A program made the position numbers and the translations under genes. A DNA stretch of 63,653 nt, the filler included, from Octopus bimaculoides (taxonomy: Eukaryota), in the NCBI RefSeq assembly GCF_001194135.2. It is 5 parts of 4 records of this genome, joined end to end, with 100 filler letters (N's around TTAATTAATTAA, not from the genome) between each part and the next. Parts side by side here need not be neighbours in the genome. Positions count along the whole stretch, not along the records: positions 1 to 23,987 come from NC_068981.1; 4 more parts are not named here. One strand, 5' to 3'. The notes beneath the pieces are model-generated. The model was given only the letters and a program-made list of their open reading frames with translations. It was not told the DNA's origin and did not search any database. Shown piece after piece: positions 1-12,484 of the stretch (position 1 is its first letter; each line of letters opens with the position of its first letter).

Positions 1-296
1 GGGTTGGACGATTTGACTGAGGACTGGTGAAACCGGATGGCAACACCAGGCTCCAATCTAATTTGGCAGAGTTTCTACAGCTGGATGCCCTTCCTAACGC
101 CAACCACTCAGAGTGTAGTGGGTGCTTTTACATGTCACCCGCACGAAAACGGCCACGCTCGAAATGGTGTCTTTTATGTGCCACCCGCACAAGTGCCAGT
201 CCAGGGGCCCTGGCAACGATCTCACTTGGCTTGCCGGGTCTTCTCACGCACAGCACATTTCCAAAGGTCTCGGTCAGTAGTCATCGCCTCGGTGAG
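1..296 (-). mobile_element. RTE-clade LINE 3' end (ORF C-terminus plus 3' UTR), runs off window edge
   Basis: Minus strand reads LTEAMTTDRDLWKCAVREKTRQAK*, an RTE-type ORF2 tail. It is followed by the UTR motif ggcgttaggaagggcatccagctgtagaaac shared with many other copies here. Confidence 0.75.
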
Positions 297-644
297 ATAT
301 ATATATATATATATACACACACATATATACACTTAGTGGACTTTTTTCAGTTTCTGTCTATCAAATCCACTCACAAAGTGTTGGCTGGCTTGAGTAGAAG
401 ACACATGCCCAGGGTAACATGTTGTGAGATGAACCTGAAACCAAGTAGTTGTGAAGCAAACTTCTTAACCATACAGCCATGCTTCATATTCCAGTACCAT
501 TTAAATTCTTAAGAAAGGTTCATAGAGAATTGAATGTTGTTGAGCATTGAATTTGATGCTCTATACTATTTCTATGAGCCCACTACATTTCAATGAATAC
601 CAAAACCTTACATACTGATACATAATGCTTGAATACATGCATAC

Positions 645-725
<81 letters not shown>

Positions 726-727
<2 letters not shown>

Positions 728-1274
728 CTGGCTGAGTTCAGACCTAGAGACGGATGGGTTCCACCAAATTTAAAATGTCCAAGACTAACTACATGTCATG
801 TGGTGCCCTTGTGGTTTTACTAGATGGTGGTAGCCCAGGTAATCCAGAATCTAATGTTTTCTATCAATACAGATGTCTAATCATTTATTTATAAGTACAT
901 ATGATATATCATCACTATCATTTAACGTCCATTCTCCATGCTGGCATGAGTTGGATCGTTTGACAGGAGTTGGCCAGCTGGAGAGCTTCCCGGACTCCAT
1001 TTTGTCTGTTTCAGCCTTAGAAACCATGCCAAAATAGACAAATGTAGGCCAGGCAGCTCTCCAGCAGGCCAGCTCCTGTCAAACCGTCCAACCCATGCCA
1101 GCATGGAGAATGGACGCTAAATGATGATACATACATATGTACTTATAAATAAATGCTTTCACATTTGTATCGATAAAAAAATGCATTAGATTCTGGATTT
1201 CTTCGGCTATCAACACCTAGTGAAACTTAAATTTGGTGGAACCCATCCATCTCCATGCCTGAACTCAGGCAGTT
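726..1274. repeat. Large imperfect inverted repeat with two head-to-head RTE tails at its centre
   Basis: 726-771 is the reverse complement of ~1229-1274, 831-903 of ~1133-1209, and ~917-1015 of ~1021-1128. Confidence 0.85.
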
Positions 1275-1989
1275 TCTTCCAGACAGAGAAAAATTAGAGA
1301 AGGAGGAGGAGGATAATGAACTGGTAACGAACTCAGTAATGAACTGGTAGTTTATTTATCAACCGCAAAAGGATTAAAAGCAGCTTTGATCTTGACAGGA
1401 TTTGAACCCAGATTGCAAAGAGTTGAGACAAATCGCACAAAACACTGTAGCTAGCACTCTAGCTATACTTCACACACACACATACACACAGACACACACA
1501 CACACACACACACAACAATATCCATTTACTGGTACATACAGACATTCTGATACATATAGGCATCTATGGTGATAACTTAATCACAGACATATTCACACTC
1601 AGGCACATATACATCGATACATCCATGATGATATACATTTAGATACATGCATACATAATGATGTCTGGCAATTCATTGACATATATGACCACTTGCAAAC
1701 TTTAAACTATTTCTTGTGACACCCTAATGTGTCTCTTAACCTTTTAGCGTATTGTCTTATTATATAGCATTATATAATTGGCCATCTCACATATGCCAAC
1801 AATGTCATATTGTTTTCAAATCAATTCTGCAAACTGAACTGTAGATTAGAATCTGATTGCTTAAAAAGCACAAGTTTCACCCAGGGAACAAAAATTCAAA
1901 TTAGATTTATTTACTTATTGTTTTGTCTGACACTTATATTTTATTGTTTTGTAATATATTTATTATCATTATTGCTGTTGTTGTTACTA

Positions 1990-2200
1990 AGGTGGTAAGC
2001 TGGTTAGAATTGTAGCATGATGGTCTACATTTCTTTTGGTCTTTTTATGTTCTAGGTTCAAATTCCACTGAAGTTGACTTTGCCTTTTGTCCTTTCAAGG
2101 TCAATAAAATAAGTACTAGTTGAGCACTGGAGTCAATGTAATCAACTTGAGCGCACAACTCTCCTCCAAATTTCCCGCCTTCTGCATTTAGTAGAAAGGA
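1990..2200 (+). mobile_element. tRNA-derived SINE family B (decayed)
   Basis: Head aaggtggtaagctggttagaat, B-box-like ggttcaaattcc, core gactttgccttt...aagtac, tail gtagaaaggatta. Confidence 0.75.
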
Positions 2201-2578
2201 TTATTACCTCTGCCTTAGCGAAGGCAGAGGTTTTGTTTACAGTCTTGTTTGTTTCTTTGTTTGTCCATGGACAAGATATCTCAAGAACTGCTGGATGGGT
2301 TTGGATGAAACTTTCAGGGATGTTTGGCTTTGTGACTGGTACAGACTGCTTAGATTTTGGGATTGATCCAGTACCAGGCTAGGATTCTGGATTATTTTTT
2401 CTGCTTTTTTACTTAATTTTTGAGAGCTGTCGGGTTCATTTTTAGTATTCTCGTTTGTGAGAGCAGTCGAGTATATTTCAGATATTCTCATTTAAAAATT
2501 TTTTAAATCAACTCTGGCTGATCGTTGAGAGAATGCGGGTGTTGCCTTGGCGGAGGTTTGCACTCTATGAGTGCTCTT
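2201..2578 (+). mobile_element. Helentron-associated (HINE/DINE-1-like) non-autonomous element
   Basis: 5' ttattacctctgcc with a short hairpin, then a (GTTT) microsatellite, a 3' sub-terminal inverted copy ggcggagg (2549-2556), and terminal stem-loop gcactc-tat-gagtgc (2560-2574). Confidence 0.65.
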
Positions 2579-2600
2579 CTTCTTCTTCTTCTTCTTCTTC

Positions 2601-2635
<35 letters not shown>

Positions 2636-2638
<3 letters not shown>

Positions 2639-3320
2639 TAGTTTTATTTTTGTAACGTGCTTTCACTTCACTACCGAGCGCAGCTCTGTGCGCCTTGGGT
2701 ATGTGCTGTGGTTTGCTGTGGTGCTCTTATGTTTACTGTATTGAAAGTGTTTTGTGTAGAATGTGTGCAGTACCCAGTAGTGCAATTTTCTGTATGTTAT
2801 ATATATTTGTAAGTCCTGGTGTTTTTGTTATGTATTTGTCTGAATATTTTTTTATTATACCTAAGGCACCTACTATGATAGGAATTGTTTCTCTTTTTAG
2901 ATTCCACATTCGNNNNNNNNNNTACTATGATAGGAATTGTTTCTCTTTTTAGATTCCACATTCGAGTTATCTCTATTTCCAGGTCTTTGTATTTTGAAAG
3001 TTTTTCCATTTCTTTTAGAGAAACGTTGTCATCTGCTAGTATTGATACATCAATTAGAAAGCATTTTTTTCTTCATGATCTTTGACAACTATATCTGGTC
3101 TATTTGCCTTAATTTCTCTATCTGTGTGTATTGGCATATCCTAGAGTATGGATGCTTTCTCGTTTTCTGTGACCTTTTCTGGCGTGTGTTTATACCATCT
3201 TTTTTCTGTTGTTATTCCATAGTGTTGGCATAGCTTCCAGTTAGAAGTTCAAGTTGGTGTTATGACTAGGGTGCCATATATTTGGTTTTGCACAGAGTAT
3301 TGTTCTAGAGAATGTCTGTC
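2636..3320 (-). mobile_element. R4/Dong-like non-LTR retrotransposon 3' fragment 1 (restriction-like endonuclease domain), degenerate
   Basis: Translates ...IKANRPDIVVKD...CFLIDVSIP...EKLSKYKDLEIEITRMW...; its 3' end abuts (AAT)n at ~2600-2635. Confidence 0.8.
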
Positions 3321-3446
3321 AATCATAAATAAATTAGAAGATTACTTGAAAAGTAATTTGATTATGAGATGACAGTAAAAGGTGTTTGCTGTTATGTACA
3401 TTTAAAAGTATTTTGACACTGTTTACAGATTGAAATATCTTGGGGA

Positions 3447-4230
3447 TTACATAGACAATATTTTACGTAGGGTATGGGCAATTCCCATTAGCCCTAGTTT
3501 TCTAATTTCTTCCATTTTTGGATTTCCTGGTATCTGAGCTAGGTAGCAATCAGCCCTTTTTGCTATCATTCCTAGGGCACCTATGACAACAGACATTGTT
3601 TTAGTCTTGAGGTTCCACATTTTACCAATTTCTATTTTAAGATCTTTATACTTGCTCAGTTTTTGGTAGGTCTTGACAGATACATTTATGTCGATTGGGA
3701 CAGTCATATCAATGAGGAGGCATGATTTTTGTCTGAAATCTTTCAATATAATGTCTGGCCTATTAGCATCTATCTTTCTGACAGTTTGAACTGTGAAGTT
3801 CCAGAGGAGTGAGATGTGATCATTTTCAAGCACTGGAGGTGGTTTGTTTTCCCACCAATTTTTATCATGGGGCAGGTCCAGGTTTTTGCAAATTACACAG
3901 TGAATATACTGTGCTGCTCTATCATACCTGTTGAGATACTCTGTAGTCATAAAAAGGCTGCACATGGAGACAACATGATCATTGGTTTCATTTTGTTGTT
4001 TACATACACGATATGTTGGGCTACTGTCGTTCTTTGATATGTTGGCCTGGTAGCTACCAGGCCAACATATTAAAGAACGGGCCGCTTTGATAAACCCTTC
4101 TGTTTCTGATTTTAAGTCAGAAGACACTAACCATTGATGGGTGAGGGCTTTGTCAACATTGGCATTATTAGCTCTCTTTGGGTATTTGCCATTGACAGGT
4201 TTTTCTTGCCATTTATCAGTAAGAATATCT
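3447..4230 (-). mobile_element. R4/Dong-like non-LTR retrotransposon 3' fragment 2 (decayed CCHC knuckle plus RLE), ~260 open codons
   Basis: ORF has LKSETEGFIKAA, the knuckle remnant YRVC...ETNDHVVSMC, ANRPDIILKD, LIDMTVP, KLSKYKDL and VVIGALG. The 5' truncation point is at the (AAT)n tract 4231-4274. Confidence 0.85.
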
Positions 4231-4237
4231 GTTGTTG

Positions 4238-4271
<34 letters not shown>

Positions 4272-4274
4272 CAT

Positions 4275-4485
4275 TGCCTTTGCACAGCTTCTAACACTGG
4301 AGATGTACTACAGTGTCAGCTGTTCCCTATCAGTGAACTAAGATAGCACCTCTTATTTTTCAAGCACCTTCCGGAGTATTCGAGCGGTTCCAAACAGTGC
4401 TGTTTTCTCCACCCTTATTGCAGCCCCTATTTATTCCACGTACTTCTCGAGATTTTTGCTCACTATTCCCAGGGCTCCAACAACA
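4275..4485 (-). mobile_element. R4/Dong-like 3' fragment 3 (short; different family)
   Basis: Reads IVVGALGIVSKNLEKYVE*...KTALFGTARILRKVLEK*, with (AAT)n on both sides. Confidence 0.7.
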
Positions 4486-4520
<35 letters not shown>

Positions 4521-4521
<1 letters not shown>

Positions 4522-4670
4522 TAGGCATGAACTGGCAGAATTCCACTGAGGTTGACTTTGCCTTGCATACTTTTGGGATTGATAAATTAAGTACCAGTGA
4601 AACACTTGGGCCAATGTAATTGATTAGTCCCCTTCCACAAAATTTCAGACCTTGTGCCTATAGTAGAAAG
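4521..4670 (+). mobile_element. SINE family B, internally deleted
   Basis: ttaggcatgaactggcagaat...gttgactttgcctt...tagtagaaagga after (ATT)n. Confidence 0.65.
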
Positions 4671-5339
4671 GAGTATTGTTGTTGTTGTTGTTATTATTAT
4701 TATTATTATTTTGTGTGTTTGTGTATGATGACTATTTTATGTTGTTTTGTCAAAGAACAACATTGGGAATTTTCCTGGCAGTGTCTTCTGCAAAAAGAAC
4801 ATTAAGTTAATTTGGTTTTACACACACTAAATACTGGCATACATATGCGTATATGTCAGTAGACAAAGGGTGCAATGTTGACTCACAGTGACATTTGTAA
4901 GAGATAAATATCTTACAGTGAGACTATTTCATGTCATCATACCATTGATGTAGTCACTAGCTATGACTACAAATTATAACTACAGCTTTAGATTTAGGAA
5001 GGTTAATTTTAACTGGCCAGTTAACCTCAGATCCTATTCATTCAACAGAATATGTATTGGTAGGGGAGAATACATATTATGATAAATGTGATTTAATATT
5101 CATTCATATCTTTTTCATCAGTTTCCTAAGTAAATTTATATCATATAGTCTTGTTTTTATTTTTCATTTTTTTTTTTTTACTGTTGTTTATTTCTGCGTT
5201 TAAAATTTTCTTCTCCACTCTGCATTTCTACATTTATTTCTCAACCATAAAGATAGATTTTCAGCAAGATATTTTCTCTTTTTATTATTTCTTGTTTGTG
5301 TGTTTTTTGTTGTTGTTTTTTGTTTGTTTATTTATTTGT

Positions 5340-5395
5340 GTTTTTTTGTTGTTTTGATTAAATCTTTTATATTTTTCTTCTTTTTTCAGGTAAGT
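5340..5395 (+). promoter_or_regulatory. Candidate recursive (zero-length exon) splice site
   Basis: Long T-rich tract with no AG for ~120 nt, ending atttttcttcttttttCAG (5387-5389) immediately followed by the perfect donor GTAAGT (5390-5395). Confidence 0.4.
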
Positions 5396-6101
5396 TGTTT
5401 GTTTTTCACAAGTTGAAGAAAATCAATAAATGACTTCTGAGACATATTTCATAAATGTAGTTGTTGGACTGATTTGGTATGTAGTTTATTTTGATTGTTG
5501 TTTCCATAAATATATTTACTGTTGCTTAAGATTCTTGCCACTTCCAATGCAAAACATCTTCACGTCTGGAAAAGAAGAAAAAAATATCAACAAAACTCCA
5601 ACTGTATTATCTTATATGGTATAGTTTCTGAGAAGTGTGGAACCTCCTCTTAGCCACTGTTGTTTCCATGTCTACTCTGACCTGGAGTAGTAGCACCTGT
5701 CAGTGTCCCAGCTATGGGTTAATTAGCGTATCAGGGCTTGCCTACCTATGCATGTGAAGACTGAATCCAGCAGACTCTGCAGAAGAAACCATCAAAGTTC
5801 ATCAGAGGGAAAAGTGGCTGCAGCAATGCATTGTAGAATGCAGAGAGCAGGATGAGGCAAGTAAGACATCTTGATTGTCCACTGCATCTGTCTCCATCCC
5901 TAGTTGTCTGGACCAGGTCTTCCCACTGGATTGAAGATGGTCACAGATAAGACAATGAGGCTGGCAGTGCACGACTCTTCTTCACTTTGAACAAAGTCAC
6001 CAAGCAAGTCGAAAGTCATCAGTCATCCTTAAAGATGACCAGATGGTACTCATGTCCCCAACAGACAAACATGAGAGTTTCAGTTAAATAAAGGTATAGA
6101 C

Positions 6102-6350
6102 CAGTGGTTCTCAACCATGTTTTTACCAATGGACCCCTTTGATTCCTATTTTATTCAACTAGGTTCCCATAGCCATTTGATGTTTTTTAAAAATGCCATT
6201 ATATTTTATGATTAGATATTTGGAATTCTATAAAAAAAATTTGAAATATTTTGTGCTTTGTAGAAGAATAGCCAATTTATTGCAAATAAATTTTAACAAA
6301 ATTTTATATGGACCCCCAAGAGTCATGTGGATCCTGGTTGAGAATCATTG
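6102..6350. mobile_element. hAT-type MITE
   Basis: TIRs cagtggttctcaacc / ggttgagaatcattg with an 8-bp target duplication gtatagac (6094-6101) / gtatagag (6351-6358). Confidence 0.85.
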
Positions 6351-6654
6351 GTATAGAGAGAATTAATAAATGCTAGGATGTGAAGTGTAAATTAATCCAG
6401 TAATATGGGGTTTGGTAACCCTGCAGTGCTATTTGTAATGTTTTCTTCCATAAGCATGAAGTAATGAAAATGTATAAATAAGAGTAGAGCATGATTTAGT
6501 CAATACCCATGTGAAAATGGTATTCATTTTAATATTACTTACAGCTTTAAAAGTAGAATAAATACTGGCAAGAAGTAGAGAGACCAAACTAACTACCAAG
6601 GGGCATTTGACCTGGCACTCTAATGTTTCGACATTATAATAAAGATAATGGTTT

Positions 6655-7612
6655 CATATTTTGGCACATGATCAGCAATTATAGGGGAAGGAGATAGTTG
6701 ATTACCTCATCCCCAGTGCTCAACTGGTACTTATTTTATCAACCTTGAAAAGACAAAAGGCATAGTTAATCTTTGTGGAATTTGAACTCTGAATATAATG
6801 GGTCAGAAGAAATAATGTTAAGCATTATTTTTCTGAGGTGCCAACAATTCTGCCAGCTTGCTGCCTTACTAATAACAGTAATAATCACCACTCGTAATAA
6901 TAATTATCTGCAATAGCCACACCTCATTGACTATGGTTCTGCATCGGTAATAAGGATTTCTTGTGTTAGCACAAGGCCTCAAATGTAGGAAATGTGTATA
7001 GTTGATTAAATCAACACTAGTTTTTGAATGGTACTCTATTTTTTGATCCCAGAAGGATTAAATGCAATGTTGACCTCATCATGGTTTGAACACATCACTC
7101 ATAAATTTTGGCACAATTTACACTCATAATATAAAGAGCTCGAATGAATAATGATAATAATCATAATGATTTGAAATTTTGGCACAAGGCCAGCAATTTC
7201 AGGGGAGGGGACAAGTCGATTACATCCACCCCAGTACTCAACTAGTACTTATTTTATTGACTCCTAAAGAATGAAAGCTAAAGTTGACCTCACCAGAATT
7301 TGAACTCAGAATATGAAGATGGACAAAATTCTGCTAAGCATTCTGCTTGGCATGCTAATGATTCTGCCAGCTGGCTACCTTAACGATAATAATAATAATC
7401 CTTTCTATTAAAGGCACAAGGCCTGGAATTTTGAGGGAGGGAGCTAGTCGATTACATTGACCTCAGTGTGTAAGTGGTACTTATTTCATCAATCCTGAAA
7501 GGATGAAAGGCAAAGTCAACCATGGCAGAATTTGAACTCAGATTGTAAAGATGGACAAAATGCTGCAGAGCATTTTTCCCAGCGTGCTAACAATTCTGCC
7601 AGGTTGCTGCCT
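6655..7612 (-). mobile_element. Cluster of four same-orientation SINE B copies separated by AAT-rich spacers
   Basis: Copies at ~6655-6870, 6965-7085, 7175-7382 and 7400-7612, each with ttggcacaaggcc...aactggtacttatttt...gaatttgaactcagaa or decayed variants. Confidence 0.8.
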
Positions 7613-7861
7613 AACAATAATGGCTTACAACACAAACAATTTATGTGTGTTTAGGGAGGGTATATTTTTGCATTATTTTGTGTGGGCGTGTGGATTGACA
7701 GAATATTTTTGAACATCAAATACTGGAGAGTTGATATTATCTTCGCCAAAATTGTCTTCCCCCAAATTAAAATAACATTTACCATTCTTACTGAAAGGCT
7801 GAGCAATTGACTCATTGTTAGTAATATTAATGAAATAATATTACTAATTGTAATAGGCACA

Positions 7862-8250
7862 AGTGTAGCTGTGTGGTAAGAAGCTTGCCTCCCAGCCCTA
7901 TCGTCCCAGGTTCAGTCCTGCTGCATGGCACCTTGGGCAGGTGTTTTCTTTGGTTGGCTTCTGGCTGACCAAAGCTTTGTGAGTAGATTTGGTAGATGGA
8001 AACTGAAAGAAGCCCATCATATGTGTGTGTGTGTGTTCATGTCTGTGTTTGTCCCTCATTACCATTTGACAACTGGTGTTGGTGTGTTTACATCCCCATT
8101 ACTTAGCAGTTCAGCATAAGAGACCAATAGAATAAATACCAGGCTTAACAAAATAAATACTGGGATCAATTCATTTGACTAAAAATTCTTCAAGGTGGTG
8201 CCCCAGCATGGCCACAGTCTTATGACTGAAATAAGTAAACAATAAAAAGA
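7862..8250 (+). mobile_element. tRNA-derived SINE family A (internal (GT)n), CpG-decayed
   Basis: gctgtgtggtaagaagcttgc...ggttcagtcc...gaaactgaaagaagccc...(gt)n...gtggtgccccagcatggccacagtc...gactgaaa. Confidence 0.8.
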
Positions 8251-9516
8251 CAGAAATAGTAGGAATATTTGTGTGTGTGTGTGTGTGTGTGTATTAGTAA
8301 TAATGACATTTGCATCTAACCTCATTCAAGTCAAGACAGGTTAACTGCTGCAGCACTTGATCAGTGTTCAGGTGTGTTTTACAAATTAATTAGCCATTTT
8401 GACACTAATCAGACGTGATATTTGATATTGCCATGACTTCTATATAAACTGTTAGTAATTGGAATTTACTCATTAACTAAAGTTTTATCTGTGACTGCCA
8501 TCACTGTACTGTCAGCACACCTTTAACTGATGTATGTATGTGTGTGTGATTGTATGTCTGTGCATCTGTGATTTTTATTCATATCATAATGCTTGAATGA
8601 ACATGCATTAATATAGGTATCAGTGTGTGTAATGTTTCTATGCATGCATGTGTGTGTGTCTTTATTCATTCTGTGTCTGATTTTCAATGCTTGCCTATGC
8701 TGGACTGTTACTTATTTTGAGGAAGTAGTTTTTCTACTGTCCGATGCTCTTCTTGTCACTTAACCCTTTCCTGCTTTACAAGCAAAAGAGCTTTTATTCC
8801 CTTGTTTCGAGGGCAGAGCTACAAGACACAATGACACCATTTTATTTTTTTTCATTCAGATGATCTCAAGCAGAAATGACAACTTTTACATGCAAGCACT
8901 TCTGCTTCCACCTTCCTTTCAGACTTACCAAACCTGTCTCTTAGCTTTTACCATGTTATTTTCCTACCATGTTACCTTCTGTTTGGCCTGAACCTTGCAC
9001 TAGCCACACATCTCTGACCAGTAGCCTTCAGCAGATTATCTGACAAGAACTCTCAGTTGTCATTTATATAAGTCTATATATGTTCCTCCCTAATGTCATG
9101 CATGTCAACTAGAATTCTCTAAATCTATGACCAACTGCTGGGTCTTTTAGCTTATTTGTCTTCTATGTATACACACACACACTATATTAAGTTTATATAC
9201 TGAAACAATACAATGTATATAATGATATATAAATGGTAATGTCACAATAGTGATCATTAAACTACTGGAAACAACAAAGCTTCATCATCATCCTCATCAT
9301 CATATGTCCACTTTCCCATGCTTGCATAGATCAAACAAAATTTATTAAGATAACGATTAGCAACAGAAAGGCATCTGGCTGTAGAAAATTTCCAAGCGGA
9401 CTTGTCTCTATGGTCAAACTTGTTTGTCACAGAATATCGGAAACAAAGGACCCTGCTTGCATTACAGTAATTCATTTACAACCTTCACATGAGACAGTAA
9501 TACATACATATGCACG

Positions 9517-9552
<36 letters not shown>

Positions 9553-10869
9553 TATGATAGCTGTCCACTCGTGACCAAAGAAGACTATCACTGACATATC
9601 AGTAATTCCTGCACAGAAGGTTATTGCACCCATGCTTGTGTCTGCAACTTCCATGCTCACCACAAAACCTTCCTACTCACTCTGGCATCAGAAAGTAACC
9701 TAACCCACAATTGTGCAGCCTAAAATTTTTGGTCCAATAAGGCTTGTGCAACACCTCAGGACTCCCTCTATCCTACTGACATGATCCAGAAACACACAAG
9801 GGCAAGATGTCCAGTTCTAATATGGGTCACAGGCTCAAAAATGTGAGAGCACCATAATCACAAATGCAAGCAAAAGATCCCCAAAATGTCCAATGCCATT
9901 CCCTACATTTCCAGTTTTATATCAAAATGACCTTCTAGAGATGTACTTTAACAAATGCTGAGGGGTGCCTCACTCCCAGCATGCCAGACACCAACCTGTA
10001 ATTCTGGAGGTTCCATTCTATTGTTAGATAGTTGTTGAACCTACACTAGGTTCATTCTGCCCTTTTGACAGGTCTTAATTTTAGTCCTGCTGGGTATCCA
10101 GCAATCCTCTTCACCAGGCAAACTTTGTGGGAATGTTGGTTTAGTCGCTCATGACCTGACCATGCAACAGGTTGTACTGGGTTCCATTTTACTAGTATTA
10201 CTCATAAGAGACCTCACAAGTGACCCGATAAAGGCTTCTTTCAGTTTCCATCTACCAAATCCACAAGGCTTTGGTCAGCTGAGGGCAACAGTAGAAGACA
10301 CTTGCCCAGAGTACTACACACAGTGACAAACAACATACTATATATTTACTGATACAAAAATAAACACACTCACAATACATACACACACACACATGCACAC
10401 ACGCTCGCATGCACACACACACACACACACACACGCACGCACGCACACATGAAATGAAAAGAGCAACAGTGCTATAATGAATCTAACTAATCCCCCAAAC
10501 TTTTTCAGTCTAAACTACTGTATAATTTATATTTTGTTTATGATGTCGTGAATGTTTGCTTGAGAACATATGGTTATTGACATTTTCACATTTACAATTT
10601 AATAATGGATAAATGCAATTATAGAAAAAAAAAGATTACATATTTAATTCATTTTATTGAATAATTTCTTAAGTTCCTTAATTATATTTTTAAAATTCTC
10701 TGAGGTGAAATTGTTACCTTCATACATTCTCCTAACCTCCTCCTTGCTTTCTAGCTCCACCCAATCACCCCCCACTCTCTTTTCTGAAATGTGAGTAATC
10801 ATGTAGCTCCTCTACATCAAGAAATCTCTTCCGTTCTGGCCCCTTCTCTCATACTTGGGGCTCATAGTC

Positions 10870-11078
10870 TTGCAAACTGCATGATGGTCCAGCTAGTGCT
10901 GGTGGCACAAAGAAAAGATGCCTAGTTTGTGATGTAAAGTAGTTGGCATTAGGACTGGCATTCAGCCATAGAAACTATGCCAAAAAAGACACTAGAACAC
11001 AATGCATTCCTTCAGCCCATTGGATCCTGTCATACTGCCCAACCCATGCCAGCATGGAACATGGACATTAAATGATGA
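10870..11078 (+). mobile_element. RTE 3' UTR fragment with (GAT)n tail
   Basis: Ends aacccatgccagcatggaacatggacattaaatgatgat. Similar tails lie at ~11600-11815 (+), ~14210-14525 (-, two), ~9295-9400 (-), ~36213-36330 (-) and ~37095-37220 (-). Confidence 0.65.
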
Positions 11079-11255
11079 TTATGATTATATATATATATAT
11101 ATATATATATCATCTCAAGATGAACTCATAGCAATGTTTGGTACTGATTTCAGCTGTGTGGCTGAAGCAATGTGAAAGTGGCTTAGAAAAGGGCACACTT
11201 GATCTTATGGTAATTTCTCCACCATTTTAATTAATAGACTATGTGCCTTCATATA

Positions 11256-11476
11256 TACAAGGGAGTGCCAAAAAGTTCCTAGCTTTAAGGGTATCACGAA
11301 AGACTTGGCTGGAGACCCAACCTTCCAAGTTCTTTTACAGGGCTTAGGAAAACTGAAGGACCACTGCAATAAGTGTGTGAATCTGAAAAGGGAATATGTT
11401 GAATAAAATCATAATTAGCTGATCTTCCTGTGTTTTCCTTTACCCAATGCCAGGAACTTTTCAGCACTCACTTGTG
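11256..11476. mobile_element. Mariner-type MITE (~220 bp), copy 1
   Basis: TIRs tacaagggagtgccaaaaagttcct / ccaggaacttttcagcactcacttgt; inverted relative to the copies at 16835 and 18964. Confidence 0.75.
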
Positions 11477-11493
11477 TGTGTGTATTTTTATTT

Positions 11494-11534
<41 letters not shown>

Positions 11535-12447
11535 CACAGAGGTGATGACAAGTGACTGAGAAGGCATGTCAAGCTAAGTGAAATTGTTGCCAGGGCCAGT
11601 ATCAGTGACACATCAGAGACACCTACACTAATGGCACATAAAAGGCACTCAGTTCACTCTGTGGAGTGATTGGATTAGGAAGGTCATCCACCTGTAGAAA
11701 CCAAGCCAAAACAGACTGGAGCCTGGTGTGCAACTCTCCAGCTCACCAGTTCCACTCAAACCATCTAACCCATGCCAGCATGGAAAACAGATGCTAAATG
11801 ATGCTGATGATGATAATTCTATACATACATGCATGCATACATACATACATACATACACACATTGAGCAAATTGATCTTGATTGTGACTTGAAACCAGAAC
11901 CTGTAGAACTGGACCAAATATGATAATGCATTTCAGCTGATACTCTAATCCTTGTTCAACTATAACAAGGGGTAAGTGAGTAACTGTGTGTCTGCTTTAT
12001 TAATAAACTGATAATATGATCTTCTCGAAAACACACTAATATTGATAGTAATATTTGTAGATTTTATGTATTTACATGTGTACATGCATGTGTGTGTGTG
12101 TCTGAGTGAGTGTGTGTGTGTCTGAGTGAGTGTGTGTGTGTCTGAGTGAGTGTGTGTGTGTGTGAGTGAGTGTGTGCACATGCATATGTTGAGATGCTTT
12201 CTGAATGATAAAATTGTTTAGTCTAACCTCCATACAAGGAGAATTATGTTGTTGTTTTTTTGTTTTTTTTTTGTTTGTTTTTTTTTGCTAGTTTTTTTTT
12301 TAATTGTTAAGAAGAAATATAATACTTTGTAAGATATTCTGGAAATGTGAAACTGAAGTTGAGTACCGCTTCTCGTTTTTAAAAAGCAATTAATTTTCTG
12401 TTGTGATTTAAAATAATAAATTATTATTATTAGTAGTATTATCATCA

Positions 12448-12483
<36 letters not shown>

Positions 12484-12484
<1 letters not shown>

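Noticed and set aside
2871-2962. 41-bp direct repeat flanking cg-N10-ta (same cg-N10-ta linker at ~54081-54094)
   Set aside because: This is an unmerged contig overlap across a nominal 10-N gap.
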